DNA of 63,935 nucleotides, counting the filler, from Octopus bimaculoides (Eukaryota), in NCBI RefSeq assembly GCF_001194135.2. It is 5 parts of 5 records of this genome, joined end to end, with 100 filler letters (N's around TTAATTAATTAA, not from the genome) between each part and the next. Parts side by side here need not be neighbours in the genome. Positions count along the whole stretch, not along the records: positions 40,788 to 57,913 come from NC_068982.1; 4 more parts are not named here. The stretch is one strand, 5' to 3'. The translations under genes and the position numbers were made by a program. Below the pieces are notes generated by a model, which was given only the letters and a program-made list of their open reading frames with translations, was not told where the DNA came from and did no database searches. Positions 41,241 through 53,991 of this stretch are shown in pieces. Position 1 is the stretch's first letter. Every line of letters begins with the position of its first letter.

Positions 41241-41599
41241 TTCAACCTCAGCATCTCACTTTTAGGTGCAAAGCCTGGAGCCATTCTTACACGGACTAAC
41301 CTCCATTGAACTCCATTTTAAAAATTCCATTGCACAGGCCGATGGAGATCCCTATGTCTATGATCATCCTCGATGGCCATTCATTAAGCCTTGCAGAAGA
41401 GGGAAAGGGAAGAAATTTGCAGGTGGAAGATGATACTTGAAACTTCACGAAGGCGGACCTTGTGTATGGGTCACGTGATATTGACCTCGAAGAGAGCAAC
41501 ATCATTTGGAAACATTCTGAATGACCAAGCAACCTTCTAAAAAAAGGTCATGTTTATTTTACTTGGAGGGATGCGTAGAAAAGGTAGTCTAATTAAAGC

Positions 41600-41870
41600 T
41601 CGCTTCCATTTCTTTCATTTGGTCATCCATGGTCAACGGGCAGCTACAGAGACGCTCTGGCGACAGCAAGGGAAAGATACACATTTGCATTAGAAGATAA
41701 TCAGTAACTAAAGCTCGCATGTTGAAACATCAGAACTATGCACGATACAACAAACAGTGATCGAACAGAAAGACACTCTGCTTACATCTGAACTTTCAAA
41801 GCTGAATGTTGACATCGATGTTTTTAATGAAATTTGCTTTTTTAAAGGAAAAAGCAATGATCAAGAGCAT
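41600..41870 (+). mobile_element. RTE-clade LINE endonuclease N-terminus, degenerate
   Basis: KLAC*NIRTMHD..DRTERHSA..ELSKLNVDIDVFNE. Confidence 0.6.
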
Positions 41871-43620
41871 GTACCAAGTACAAGAGAAATTCCAAAGGTG
41901 TTTCAGGTTCGCAACTTCTAGTCAGCTGAATTGAAAGCTAATTTTCAGATGGATATTCATTCGAGGATTGAAAATTCCAGCTTATCCACGGGTCTCATTG
42001 CAGAAGTACTTTAAGCATACTTAAAAACTACCATGCTGCAGTCCTCTGAATTTTTTAATGTAGTTGTATGAAATTTGAGTGATGCTTAACTGCTGTTACC
42101 GAATGTTAAAAGGCTTCTTCATAGGACCTAAGTTTCCTGCCCAACGATATATTGTTTTTATATAGTGTATTGACGGTATCAGTCTCGTGGGGGCTCAGCT
42201 CTTTCTAATCACAGTTCAAAACCACGAGTACGAGTTCAAGAAGTCAAATGAAGTGAAGCAAATTGCTTCAATCGAGAATCGAGTCTGTCTTGCAATATCG
42301 GCCCACTGGAAACTTTGGTATTCATACAAAAATAATAAATTAAATAAAACGCAATTACAGTAAACGTTGCCATTTTTGTTTAATCTATAAATTTCACTGA
42401 TTCATGAAACAGAATTATTAAGTTGCCAAAGTTTACTGAGGTGAACTTAAAAACAACTAATTATATAAGCCCTCACATTCGACGATTTGACTTGTTAAAG
42501 AATATGGCTGAATTTAAAATATGAGTAATTTCAAGTGCAGAATGATTTAGTAGATCGTTTGAACGACTGGTTAATTGAAAAAAAGATATATAAAAAAAAA
42601 AAAAATGAAAATTGTTAAAGGTTAAATACTTGGATAAAGTTTTGGAATGTAATTATATAAGTAAAAAAAGTTTGTGAGTATAAATCTGATGTTAATAGGA
42701 AAGGGAAAGGTACACACATACATCTTAAGATCAACAAATCACATAAATAATAATTCACCAAATGAAAATAAGTCCTTTATTAGGAACTATGGAGCCGATA
42801 GGATCCACCTGGAATGAATTATAAAGATTTCTGAAAAGTATTAGCTTCGTAAGAGAAGTGAAATGGCTAATACCAAGTACATTACTTCTTCGGTGCTTGC
42901 TGATGTTTATTTGTTGTGTGCTTTTTGTTTTGTCTAGGCACAAGGCACGAGACACAGCCATTAGATATATCAAAGAAACAGTCTTTTACCCTACCCTCTA
43001 GTTCTGGACAGCATGCAGGTAAAACCTTCAAAGTTACAAACTACAAATGACAGACTTCCACGCTCATTGATGATCTCTCCTGATCATATAACCAAAACTG
43101 CGTCCCATAGACTAGTCAACTCCTTCAGGATCTGAAAATATTTCATCTCCAAATAGTTGCTGACATTGTAAAAGTCTTGGATGCTGCTGTAGTTAGTTAC
43201 TCATATTGTAGTAATCTCAATCATCTTCTCTAAGCCGCACCATCACGCACACAAACAGTTCTAGATTCAAAAGAAACGAAATAGAGACGACAGAGATAGA
43301 ATTTCTTGATAGCAATTTCATTTATAAATATTTTGAAAAACAAAAACCCCAACAAAAAACGAAGAAACAAAATAAAACAAAAAACAAAGATACAGATGAT
43401 TTCCCCCTTCACTACCCCATGTCGTTACTGCGACACGGTTTCGGTTCTTAGTAAAGGCATATTTATTTCACATTTAATTTCCAGTTTCGAGCCTCGAGTA
43501 GAGATACTTCTTTAGGATTTAAAATTATTGCGGCAAAGTTTCCGAATTAGCACGGCAAACAAATACTTGTTAATTGTACAGTACCATTACAGCTTATGGC
43601 TATAAGCTGTACCTGTGCAT

Positions 43621-43665
<45 letters not shown>

Positions 43666-43668
43666 AAC

Positions 43669-43703
<35 letters not shown>

Positions 43704-44531
43704 AGCTCGGTGGATTCAGCAAGAACAGGCCTCTGCAGAGTTGTGGATTTTTGCCACGTGAGTCAATTGACACGTTTTTAAGACATTAGAGAGTGATTTC
43801 TACCGTAGTCTAGAGGCAAAGAGAAAACACTTCGGTAAAGAATTCCCTGTTTTATAAATTGTTCTGTCCTCTCTTCTGTTCTGTTAGTTGCAAGAGCACC
43901 CTGTGCGCGCGCGTACACACACACACACACACACACAATGCGTTAACTTCGTGTATTTATTTCACACTATTTGCGAAAGTACTTTTTGATTAATTTGAAA
44001 TAAAGTTTGCATTTCACATTTAGCGGAGGCCAGTTTAGCAGCTTTGCACGGACCTAAATGGGAGTGCACACGATAAAAATTATTAGGCCGTTGAATAATA
44101 AACAGTCTCCATCCTATTTGCCTGAGCCATCTGTAACACATAAACTACATACATAGGCGTCGACTGAGAGCCGAAAATTGCTGTTACCTAAATAGATATT
44201 GATTCGTCACAAATAGTTGAGAGGCCGCGAACGACAATTAAATGAACAAAACACACACAGACACACACACATTGAGGTCGATATACATGGTTAGCCGACT
44301 ACCTTGAAATTTTGTACTTAAATGACGCCTTTAACTCTTGGGTCGCACCCTGCAAGTCTATCATGAAAAGATTTGACTAACAAAACTTCCATTACGATTT
44401 AGTTGTGACAATCTTTGACTTAATCTGTGAATATCTATAATACATATTAAATGTCTTCCCACTATGACCCATGTAATATCCTTCCCCGACTATGATACTA
44501 GATGTTATTGTAAATTATTTTTGCTTTACTT

Positions 44532-44571
<40 letters not shown>

Positions 44572-46453
44572 TCACGCGTACGCACGCTAATATTTCCCCG
44601 CTGTGTGTGTGGTGTGTCTGTGTGTGTGTTTGTGTGCGCATGTGTGTATATGATATGTGTGTTCGCAGAAGTATGACTATATACAGACGTTCTGTGTAGA
44701 TTTGTAAAGACGTATATGTATATATATGCATCATTGTGCGTTTTGTGTACATTTAAGCCTTTGTACAAATGTATACATGGTTATTCATACATAATTGCAT
44801 TTGTGTATGTGTATGTGTGTGTTAATATTTGGGACAGAATTCGCCAACGTACACATGTGTATGTGTATGTGGTATGCTTTGGGAGTGCGTGTGTGTTTAT
44901 ATATGCAGTAGAGCACATGTTCATACCAACATTTATGTGTGAGTAGGTGTGTGTGTGTGCGCGCGTGTGCGTGCGTATGTAGAAGGGGGTGCATGCACAA
45001 AAATGTAATTTTCCTCTTGGCTAGATTTCCAATTTGGGAATCGTAGTGAAAATAGAATTAACGTCACATATTTGGACGTTACAATGTCTTCCTTTGTATT
45101 CCATTCAATCCAACATTTTCTTCATGAAGAAAATATTTAGATAAACTAAAATTAGACAACACTGAAAAATGCAACTTAGAATTCTTAGCGAGCCAATTCG
45201 ATAGGGTGCTGTTCCAACGACTGAATGGTCTACAGTTTATATCCTATTGTAAGAACTTGCACTAAAACTAATTCCTTTACACCAGAGTTTCTCAAATCTT
45301 GGTACGCAGGAGAAAATGCGAGGGTGCGCAAGTTCTGTAAAAAAAAAAACAACCCAAAATAAAAGAAAACCGCAACTGGTTTTTTGAAGTACTCATAACT
45401 AACTTAAACACAACTTGTATTTAGAGCATGTATAGGAAGCCTTTTACTCTATCCTATCCACTTCTCGTTGTGAACAAAAGTTTTCAGTGTTGATTATAAC
45501 AAAACAAGTGCAAGGCTGAGAATTCAGAAGGATATGCAGGTGTGCCTCTCTGTGACGCACGCACACACATACACACACACAAAGATATACACATATACAG
45601 ACACTCGACGCGCATACATACACCTACACACTAGCACACCACACAAACGCTATTATTCTTTGAAACTGAGTTACTTGTTAGAACGAGCCACGCTAATTTA
45701 TCTTGTTAAAAAATGCAGCATGAAATATAATGAAACTGATTTCTTACATAAATAACAAGACAGAATTTTTTGATAATGGTGGTGGATCAGTTGATTATTA
45801 TTCAGTCCAGTACCCCAGCAATACTTTATTTTATGGAGTTCTGAAGGATGAAAAGCAAATATGACCACGGCAGAATTTGAGCTCTTTAAATTAAATGAGA
45901 TTGAATTAATAGCAAATAACATGTCTATTGTCTCTTCTGTGGTATCCAACCATTTTACAATATATTCTACACACGGGGTATACTGGAAGAAAATGTTTGG
46001 GGAAGCCCTTCTGTACACTATGTTTTCATAATAGAATATACAGGTGGCGGCTGTATATTCACATCACGTAACATCAATCTGAGCGTCGGACAAACAGAAT
46101 GTGGCAAAGAGTATAGGTATTCATTTTAGTTTTTCTTAATTTGAATAAATGAAAGAAAAACCAATAAGGAAAGAAAAACAGGCAGTGCAAGACCATCACT
46201 TGGAACGCCGAGTCCAACTTCATCTACTACTATGCCGTCTTTGCAATATCTGGATAATTTATTCATCACATCTTTCTTTGAAAAAGCTAACTCAATGTTT
46301 GAAACGTTTATGAGAATGAATGACTTCATAGCGTACAGCATTGATCAGCCTAATGACATTGGATCCCTCACTCTTCTTTACTGGTTCCCAGCTTAGAGAC
46401 ACAGAGTGAAGTGATGTCAGCATCAAATTCTACAAAAGAACTGCCGGGAAATA

Positions 46454-47291
46454 CCTGGTCTAATCAATAAGTATCCGGGCTGTTGCCATAGTAACGAAGC
46501 TAAAACACGCAGAGTGAAGACGCTTGGTACAGATTGACCTTCAACTCTGCCGTGCATGCACACTAATTTTTAACATTCTAGCACACTTCTGCTGTTTACA
46601 GAAGTGCTTAGAAGGAACGTGTATAGCGTGTGATCGTCGCATTGACCATGACAGAGAAAGTTGAGCAGAGAATCTGCATCAAATTTTGCCAAAAGCTTGG
46701 CGATACCTTCTCAGAGTCCTACGCAAAGTTTTCAAACAATTTTATCGTTCTCGACATAATCAACCGAAACTCGAATGTCTTTTTGGTCAGCTGAAAGCAG
46801 TTTTGGCACAAACTTGACAGACAAGCGTCTCATACCCAAATCTTCAGTGATAATGCACTGAACTGAACCGTAACTAATCTGTACATCCTTTGATAACTCA
46901 CAGATGGTGATTCGCCGATTTTCTCTCACATCTGCACGCACATCTGCAATGTTTTTCTCAGTTCTGTTGATTGCGGGTCTCCCTGAACATTTGTCAATAT
47001 CGACATTTTTTCAGCCATCTTGGAAACGTCTGAACCACTCGTACACTTGTGTGCGGCTCGTACACTCCTCTCCATACACTTTCTGCAACTTTGCGTAGGC
47101 CTCAATGTGACGATCACACGCTACATACGTTCTTTCCAAGCACTGCTGTAAATAGCAGAAGTGAGCTTGAAGGTTAAAACAGTGCACATGCACAATAGTG
47201 ACCAAGGTCAATCTGTGCCCAGCGGCTTCACTCTGCGTGCTTTAGCTTTGTTACTATGGCAACAGTCCGGATACTTATTGATCAGACGTCG
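46454..47291. mobile_element. mariner (irritans-like) fold-back derivative built from two inverted left ends
   Basis: TA-flanked; both ends read TIR + 5' UTR; the left arm encodes MTEKVEQRICIKFCQKLG and the right arm (minus) encodes AYAKLQKVYGEEC..EWFRRF..SGRP..KFVPKLL. Confidence 0.9.
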
Positions 47292-48355
47292 TATTTGTTG
47301 CTTCACTTCAAATCAGTCTATGAAAAACGAACTCATATCTAACCAGCACAAATGCAGCGAAACAAGATTGGCATGTCCATAACAACCATTTACACTTTCA
47401 CTCATATATACGCATATATAATTCATTTTCCTCTTTTATGTATTAAGCTGCAATCCTGCTGTTAACTACTTTATAATTGTCTTCTTTAGGTGTTTGGTAA
47501 AGTATGTATCGGATAGGCATAAGAGTCACAGTTTTAATAAATAATATCCTTTCATTAAGAACCACTACGTTTCACAGAATTATATTGAAAATATATTATA
47601 ATTTAAATGGCCAGAAATTTCGAATAAATACATTTTTGGTTAGTATTATACGAAGGAGAAAAAGAAACAAGAAAAAAAAAGAAACTATTATGTCATCTCA
47701 GTGTACTTGTTGTAAATTATGTTTTGTACTAGATGCAAAAAGTAGGTCAACTAACCAACGCCTGATGAAATTAGCAACTATAAATGATTGCATAGCAGAG
47801 CTGTTTCAACGTTGACCTTTGTGTCATTTAAGAAATTGGTTGAATTTAAGTTATTATCGTAAGATTAGATGAATTAACTAATCTGGGGAAATGTTTGAAA
47901 ATTTGTTTTACCTATTATGCTTTTAATATCTTAGAAAATCGTAGAAGACTCTTAGGCATATGTGCACTTGCGATATCACAAATTGAGTTGAATACTACTC
48001 TTCAGAGGACTATCAAGTTGACTTTAAATATGAAGTAATGCTTTACAAAGGCATCGGTGACTACTTTTCATAATAGTAATACTCATTGCGCATATTGACC
48101 TTTCAGCTCATGATTTCGTATTTTAGTTGGAAAGTGACATTAAGTGGGCGTCTAATCTCTACCCGGAAAACTACGAAATAAACTTTGGAGCAGTTGAAAT
48201 TTTATCACCTTGTTAAAAACACTTTAATGCAAATGCTGTTCAATAACTTAGTAAATAGCAGTGAAATTATTTTGAAATCACACTACCGTCTCCTAATATA
48301 ATAATGAGCGTAGTGTTTTTATATATTTGTGTGTGTGTTCAGAGATTTATTATTG

Positions 48356-48412
<57 letters not shown>

Positions 48413-48728
48413 AAGAACGACCGTGCGAACCAAAAGGAGAAATGGTGACGAATAGAAAACAGGCTCCTTTTTTAACGCGTCACACGGTCGCCACAAAAAT
48501 ATGAAATGATAAATATGTTATAATTCTATAATATAGAGAACTAAGAAATTTGCCAGTAAGGAACATGATAGAAACGCAACCGTATGAGATGTATAACAGT
48601 AAGATTCATTGTAGCATTAAACTGTATGTCTGTGTGCGTGTGAATGCGACATAATAAAACACAATATAAGACTGGCCGTCATGTAAACAAAAGTGTGTGC
48701 AAGTAATACATGTATGTGTATGTAAGAG

Positions 48729-48851
48729 TTACATAGTATAGTTTAGAGTCAGTAACACGGATAAGGAAATACCAGTTCTGTTGAGGTACACAGTTAGATT
48801 GTAGGTCTGCATGTAAGAAGTTAAGTTTAAGGCAGAGCGGTCACTCGTCAT
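48729..48851 (-). CDS. Candidate first coding exon or 40-aa small ORF (MTSDRSALNLTSYMQTYNLTVYLNRTGISLSVLLTLNYTM)
   Basis: About 300 nt downstream of the TATA/Inr; A at -3; four N-X-T sequons; possible donor AT|GTAACT just before the stop. Confidence 0.3.
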   Translation of the reverse strand: MTSDRSALNLTSYMQTYNLTVYLNRTGISLSVLLTLNYTM

Positions 48852-48942
48852 GATGTTGGGGCTTCTATGCCGGGCCGGGTTCTTAATACAGATGGGTTCT
48901 CGCAGGTGTCGAATTCTGGCGGTTATTTCGTGGTGCGGCGAT

Positions 48943-49011
48943 TCACACAAACAGGGTTGAGAAGAGAAGCTGCGGTGGTTGTTTGGTAATTTGTGTACGT
49001 GTAGAAGTCAT
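48943..49011 (-). CDS. Upstream ORF, 22 aa (MTSTRTQITKQPPQLLFSTLFV)
   Basis: First ATG after the predicted TSS; context AACATG. Confidence 0.3.
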   Translation of the reverse strand: MTSTRTQITKQPPQLLFSTLFV

Positions 49012-49139
49012 GTTGACGCTGGCGACGATGCTGGTAGTCGTAGTTGAAGTGGTTGTTGATGTCGTCGCTGGAACTGGCTGGCTGGTTGGTGCTGTGTTAC
49101 GCGTGTGTGGTCAAACGACCAGATCTCAGAAGATCTGAG

Positions 49140-49230
49140 CCACGACGAATTGGCGGGTAGCTTAGCAGGCTATTTATAGATACAGATAGGCTCCAGAGAA
49201 CCATCAGAAGAACACTCTCACGTGACCTTA
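49140..49230 (-). promoter_or_regulatory. RNA Pol II core promoter
   Basis: TATAAATA at 49178-49171; Inr-like CCAATTC with the A 27 nt downstream (49151); palindromic TCACGTGA (GGTCACGTGA) at 49218-49227; CpG-rich non-repetitive surroundings. Confidence 0.65.
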
Positions 49231-50424
49231 TTAGGAGCTACGGTTGGTCGATTTGCGTCCTGGAGTGAACGGACTGGAGATAATTTACCCGCGCAAAGAA
49301 TAGTCAGTCAGGTGATGACAGGGAAAGAGATGTTCTCTGCTACGCTTGTAAGGCCTTGTAAGTGAATTTATAGATAGAAACTGTCTGGATATCCGTCGTG
49401 TGTGTATGTATATGTGTGTGTTTGTTTGTGTGTGTGTATATTTGAGCGCAAGCCTGCGAGCGCGTTTGTTTGTGTCCACCCGTTGTTTGACAACTGTTAT
49501 GGGATTTTTTTACGTCCCTTTGCCTGCAGACAAAGAATATATACCCCCTTAAGCATATGTATTACTAATTTCTCGATATTATATCTCCCTTTTCTGCAGG
49601 AGTTTTTCTTCTCTAAGGTGTTGCAAGGTTTTCTTTCTCTAAAAGGAAGGTCATTCAGTACATGACGCCCCTTAACATATTTACCAACGACTCAAGTCAC
49701 TGACTTATTTCCCTTAGACAGCGTGTATTTTTATGCTCAAAATAAGAGTTGTTACTCTATACATATGCACGCATGGATATTTTCAATTTGCGTATGACTA
49801 TCTACCTGTTTCTTCCGACACATACATATGCACGTTTTGATTGAAAATATCCCATAACTCATAACATGCTTTTGAGCTACCAATGAAAACTTCATGTGGT
49901 GTTTTGAGGGCTAATCGACCTGTTGAAATATCTTGCTTATCCAGATATTTACTGTTAGAAATCGCTGGTCCTGAAAGTGAAGTGGCTCATCGTAAAATTA
50001 AATCCGATATTGCTGTCGAAAGAGATTATTATTATTATTACTCTGCTGTATTTGTGACTTAGTGCTGCACACACATTTGTGGAATTCGGGGGATAATTTA
50101 GTCTGGAAGGAAGGGCAGTACCGATAGCGTTTTTAGGCCCTCCTACGCTGATGTTAAAATTCTTTGTAAAGAATAAAAGTTCAAAGGCGCGGAGGACATT
50201 GTTTGTGTAATTTTCGTGGGTAGAATAATTGAGTAGAGTTTAATGCATGGCTTAAGCAGTTAAATAAAGTGGAAGTGACAGTGTGGAGATGAGTGAGACG
50301 GGTGTGCTATATGGATTGTATAGTAAAGATTTGCAGTGGACAAGTGGAAAAGTGAGTGCCAGAAGAGACAAAGATAAGGAAACCATCAATAGAGATACAG
50401 ACACAGATCGTGAATTACGTCTTT

Positions 50425-50668
50425 CATCTATTATCGTTTACTTGTTTCAGTCATTGGAGTGTAGCTACACTGGGTCCACCACCTTGAAAATTTAGTCGAA
50501 TAAATCGACCCCATTACTTATTTTCTTAAAGTTTGGTGCTTATTCCTTCGAACACTTTTGCCGAACCGCTAAGTTACGGGAATACAAACAAACCAACACT
50601 GGATCACACACACACACACACACATATGAGCAGCTTCCACACGGTTTTCGTCTACCAGATTCACTCAA
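50425..50668 (-). mobile_element. SINE family A
   Basis: TTTACTTGTTTCAGTC..TTAGTCGAATAAATCGACCCC..CCGAACCGCTAAGTTACGGG..CGTCTACCAGATTCACTCA. Confidence 0.8.
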
Positions 50669-50679
50669 CGAAAGCTGAG

Positions 50680-50723
50680 ACACCTGATTAAGGCTGGAGG
50701 GTATATCAGCCGAAATGTTGTGT
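50680..50723 (+). ncRNA. Minimal Penelope-type hammerhead, point-mutated
   Basis: ACAC-CUGAUUA-A-GGCUG-GAGGGUAUAU-CAGCC-GAAA-UG-UU^GUGU; 4-bp stem I and 5-bp stem II perfect; G8U in the core. Confidence 0.65.
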
Positions 50724-51027
50724 TAACAACATACAAGATGAGGACAAATATCCGTCAAATGTAAATAATGTACAAAATACCTCATCTCTTAAATATAGAA
50801 CTGTATAACAATTATGTTAGACAAAAATGGACTCATCCGTAGAGGTGCAAATCCCAATCAGATTGATGGGGGATCTATCTTACCATCACAGTCCCCCCTC
50901 TCTCTCTCTNNNNNNNNNNNNNNNNNNNNNNNNNNNNNNNNNNNNNNNNNNNNNNNNNNNNNNNNNNNNNNNNNNNNNNNNNNNNNNNNNNNNNNNNNNN
51001 NNNNNNNNNNNNNNNNNNNNNNNNNNN

Positions 51028-51060
<33 letters not shown>

Positions 51061-51689
51061 GTTTGAAGTTCTCCTTGCCCAACTTGGCGTAATTATACTT
51101 CTCACATAGTTAAGTATATCGCAGATACGAAGTGGAATACACAAAATAAAACAAAATTCATCGCAGTGTGACGCATCAAACCACCTGCTTCTGTGATTGA
51201 GATATTTAGGGAGAATATCGCTTCCAGAGTGGTCCTACAGCACGTTTGTTGATTATCTTGTATATTTCTATATCCGCATGTTCATCTGTCGTTTTCACTG
51301 TGGTTTTGTTTTTATGTTGTTAGGTTTCTGCAACCATCACAAAGATACACAGATGGGGTGCTGGTTTCGCCACCATCGCCCCGAACGTGTAACAGGTTGG
51401 TAACAAGTGCTGTTTACATGTTAGCAGCAGTACTAAGAGCAGCCTGTCACAAATATATACAGAAACGTACTCCTCCCATACACACATACATACATACATA
51501 CATAAATGCATACATACATACATACATACATACATAAATGCATGCATACATACATACATACATACATAAATGCATGCATACATACATGCATACATTCATG
51601 CATACATACATACATACATACATACATACATACATGCGTACATACATACATACATGCGTACATACATACAACTGAAGCTGAGAGCTTGT

Positions 51690-51730
51690 CTCACGACTCG
51701 AGTTTCACGCCACTGCGATCATCAGGTTTG
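51690..51730 (-). ncRNA. Minimal Penelope-type hammerhead, core intact
   Basis: AC-CUGAUGA-U-CGC-AGUG-GCG-U-GAAAC-UCGA-GUC^GU; palindromic ACUCGAGU stem III; GUC cleavage triplet; stem I only 2 bp. Confidence 0.68.
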
Positions 51731-52452
51731 TGTATGTATGTATGTATGCATGTACACATACATACATACAGAGAAAGAGAGAGAGAGAGAGATAAAAGGA
51801 GACTTACATATGCATATTTGTCTACCACTTTCTACACATAAACAATTAGTAAACTCCACGCTATATTAGAAGAAATTTACGCAAGGCGCCGCTTGATTGA
51901 AAAATAAACTTCTAAACCGTACAACCAGCCTACTCTTAATGTGTACGTATGTATGTATGTGTGTATGTATGTATTTATGTGTGTGTGTGTGTAAGTGCGT
52001 ATGTGTTTTTTTTTTATCTAGTTCCAAGTTACATAAGTGACTCTAAATACAGGAGTGTCTTGTGTTGCACTTATCGTCCAGACATAAACATTTTGGAGAC
52101 CTTTTCAATAATTTCTCTATTTATTATAATATTCTAACGATTAAAGATTTTATAAACATCGATCTTTTATTTGTTCCACTCGTTTGACTGCATGCATACT
52201 GGAATTCCACTTTTTAGGAATTTTGTGGTTTTAGTCAAATTAGCCACTTAAAGTCAATTTTGACAAATACTTTGTCTCGTTCTCACTTTGTTGATTTCAA
52301 TCGAATAGTTCAGTGAGTTACTTCCCTTCTTCCTTTTCAGTGACACAAATCATTTATAGTATTTACACCGTTTATTCTGTCTTTTTTATCGAACTGTTAT
52401 ATAACGGAGACATAAATAAACCAATTCTATTTGTCAAACGAGGGTGAGGGTG

Positions 52453-52555
<103 letters not shown>

Positions 52556-52639
52556 AATATTCGCTTTTTCATGTTGAGAAACAGATGATATTCAGATAAT
52601 ACCAAATAAGGAATAAGGAGGCTGATCAACTAGTTCAAA

Positions 52640-53025
52640 ACTATTGAAACCAAATACCTTTCGTCAGTTTTCCTGGGCGTTTGGCCTCCATAACCTTTTG
52701 TAACTGCCTCACCAAGTTGGTATAATACTCTCCAATGATGGTGTGGCCCTTTTGAAGGTCCACAATGCTTTTTGCATCCCAGAAAACTGAGGCCGTCACT
52801 TTCCCTGCAAATGAAACGATCCTGGCCTTCTTTGGAGCAAGTGAGGAAGGGTGTTTCTACTGCATGAATTGTCTATTTGTTTCTAGCTCAAAGTAATGAA
52901 GTCAACACCGGCTTAGGAAACCTGATGTAATCAGCCTGGTGCGTTTTTGATCAGGTGTCACAATACGTGCCATCCACCAAGGAGAAACCTTCGTCATGTC
53001 GAGATCATTGTGCAGAATGTGTGTG
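52640..53025 (-). mobile_element. mariner (irritans-like) transposase fragment
   Basis: ILHNDLDMTKVSPWW..LTPDQK-like, APKKAR..AGKVTASVFWDAK..KGHTI.GEYY..L.QL..KRPGKL. Confidence 0.85.
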
Positions 53026-53131
53026 TATGCACATACATACATACATACATACATACATGCATGCATGCATGCATGTATGTATGTATGTATGTATGTATGT
53101 ATGTATGTGTGTATGTGTGTACACACATACA

Positions 53132-53158
<27 letters not shown>

Positions 53159-53168
<10 letters not shown>

Positions 53169-53593
53169 TTATTTAAAAGAGTTCCAACTCTGTCTGTTTT
53201 TTTTATGTTTTATGTATATTCTTGTCAAATTAATGTGGGATATAGAATATGGAATATATAATATATAATATAAAAATGGATGGTACAATGAAATGAAGTA
53301 TTGAATGTCTTATTGAATAAGTCTGTCAGATACCGGCCATGATGAATATTGAAAATACGTATTCACCTTTATATATTTAATCCTTTATATTGAACACTCA
53401 ATATTTCAAATATTCAATAAGACATATTCCATATATTCAATAAGACATTCAATACTTCATTTCATTGTACCATCCATTTTTATATTATATATTATATATT
53501 CCATATTCTATATCCCACATTAATTTTACAAGAATTTTCATAAAACATAAAAAAACAGACAGAGTTGGAACTCTTTTAAATAAAATAATATAT
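53159..53593. repeat. Near-perfect inverted repeat with about 160-bp arms (fold-back / MITE-like)
   Basis: 53159-53319 is the reverse complement of 53434-53593 with only a few differences. Confidence 0.93.
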
Positions 53594-53865
53594 TCCTATA
53601 TACACGATCATACAAAACCCTTCTTTTGTATTTATTTTTACTCATATATATATATATATATCCACACATAAACGTATATATAACTAATGAATTTTTCACC
53701 AACTTGATCATTTAATCAGTCAGATGCTTCCAACAGATTCATTGACCAAACGATTGATCAAATAATTGATTAGTTAATTAATATGTTAGTTTGACCGCTG
53801 AGTAAGGGAAGTGAAATACAACTAGTACGTATGAGCTAAAAATTCCTCACTTCCAGTGTACAAAA

Positions 53866-53931
<66 letters not shown>

Positions 53932-53957
53932 GTGTCTGTCTTTCTCTCTCTCTGTGC

Positions 53958-53991
<34 letters not shown>

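Noticed and set aside
43410-43432. Partial similarity to miR-71
   Set aside because: The seed is mismatched and there is no precursor hairpin.
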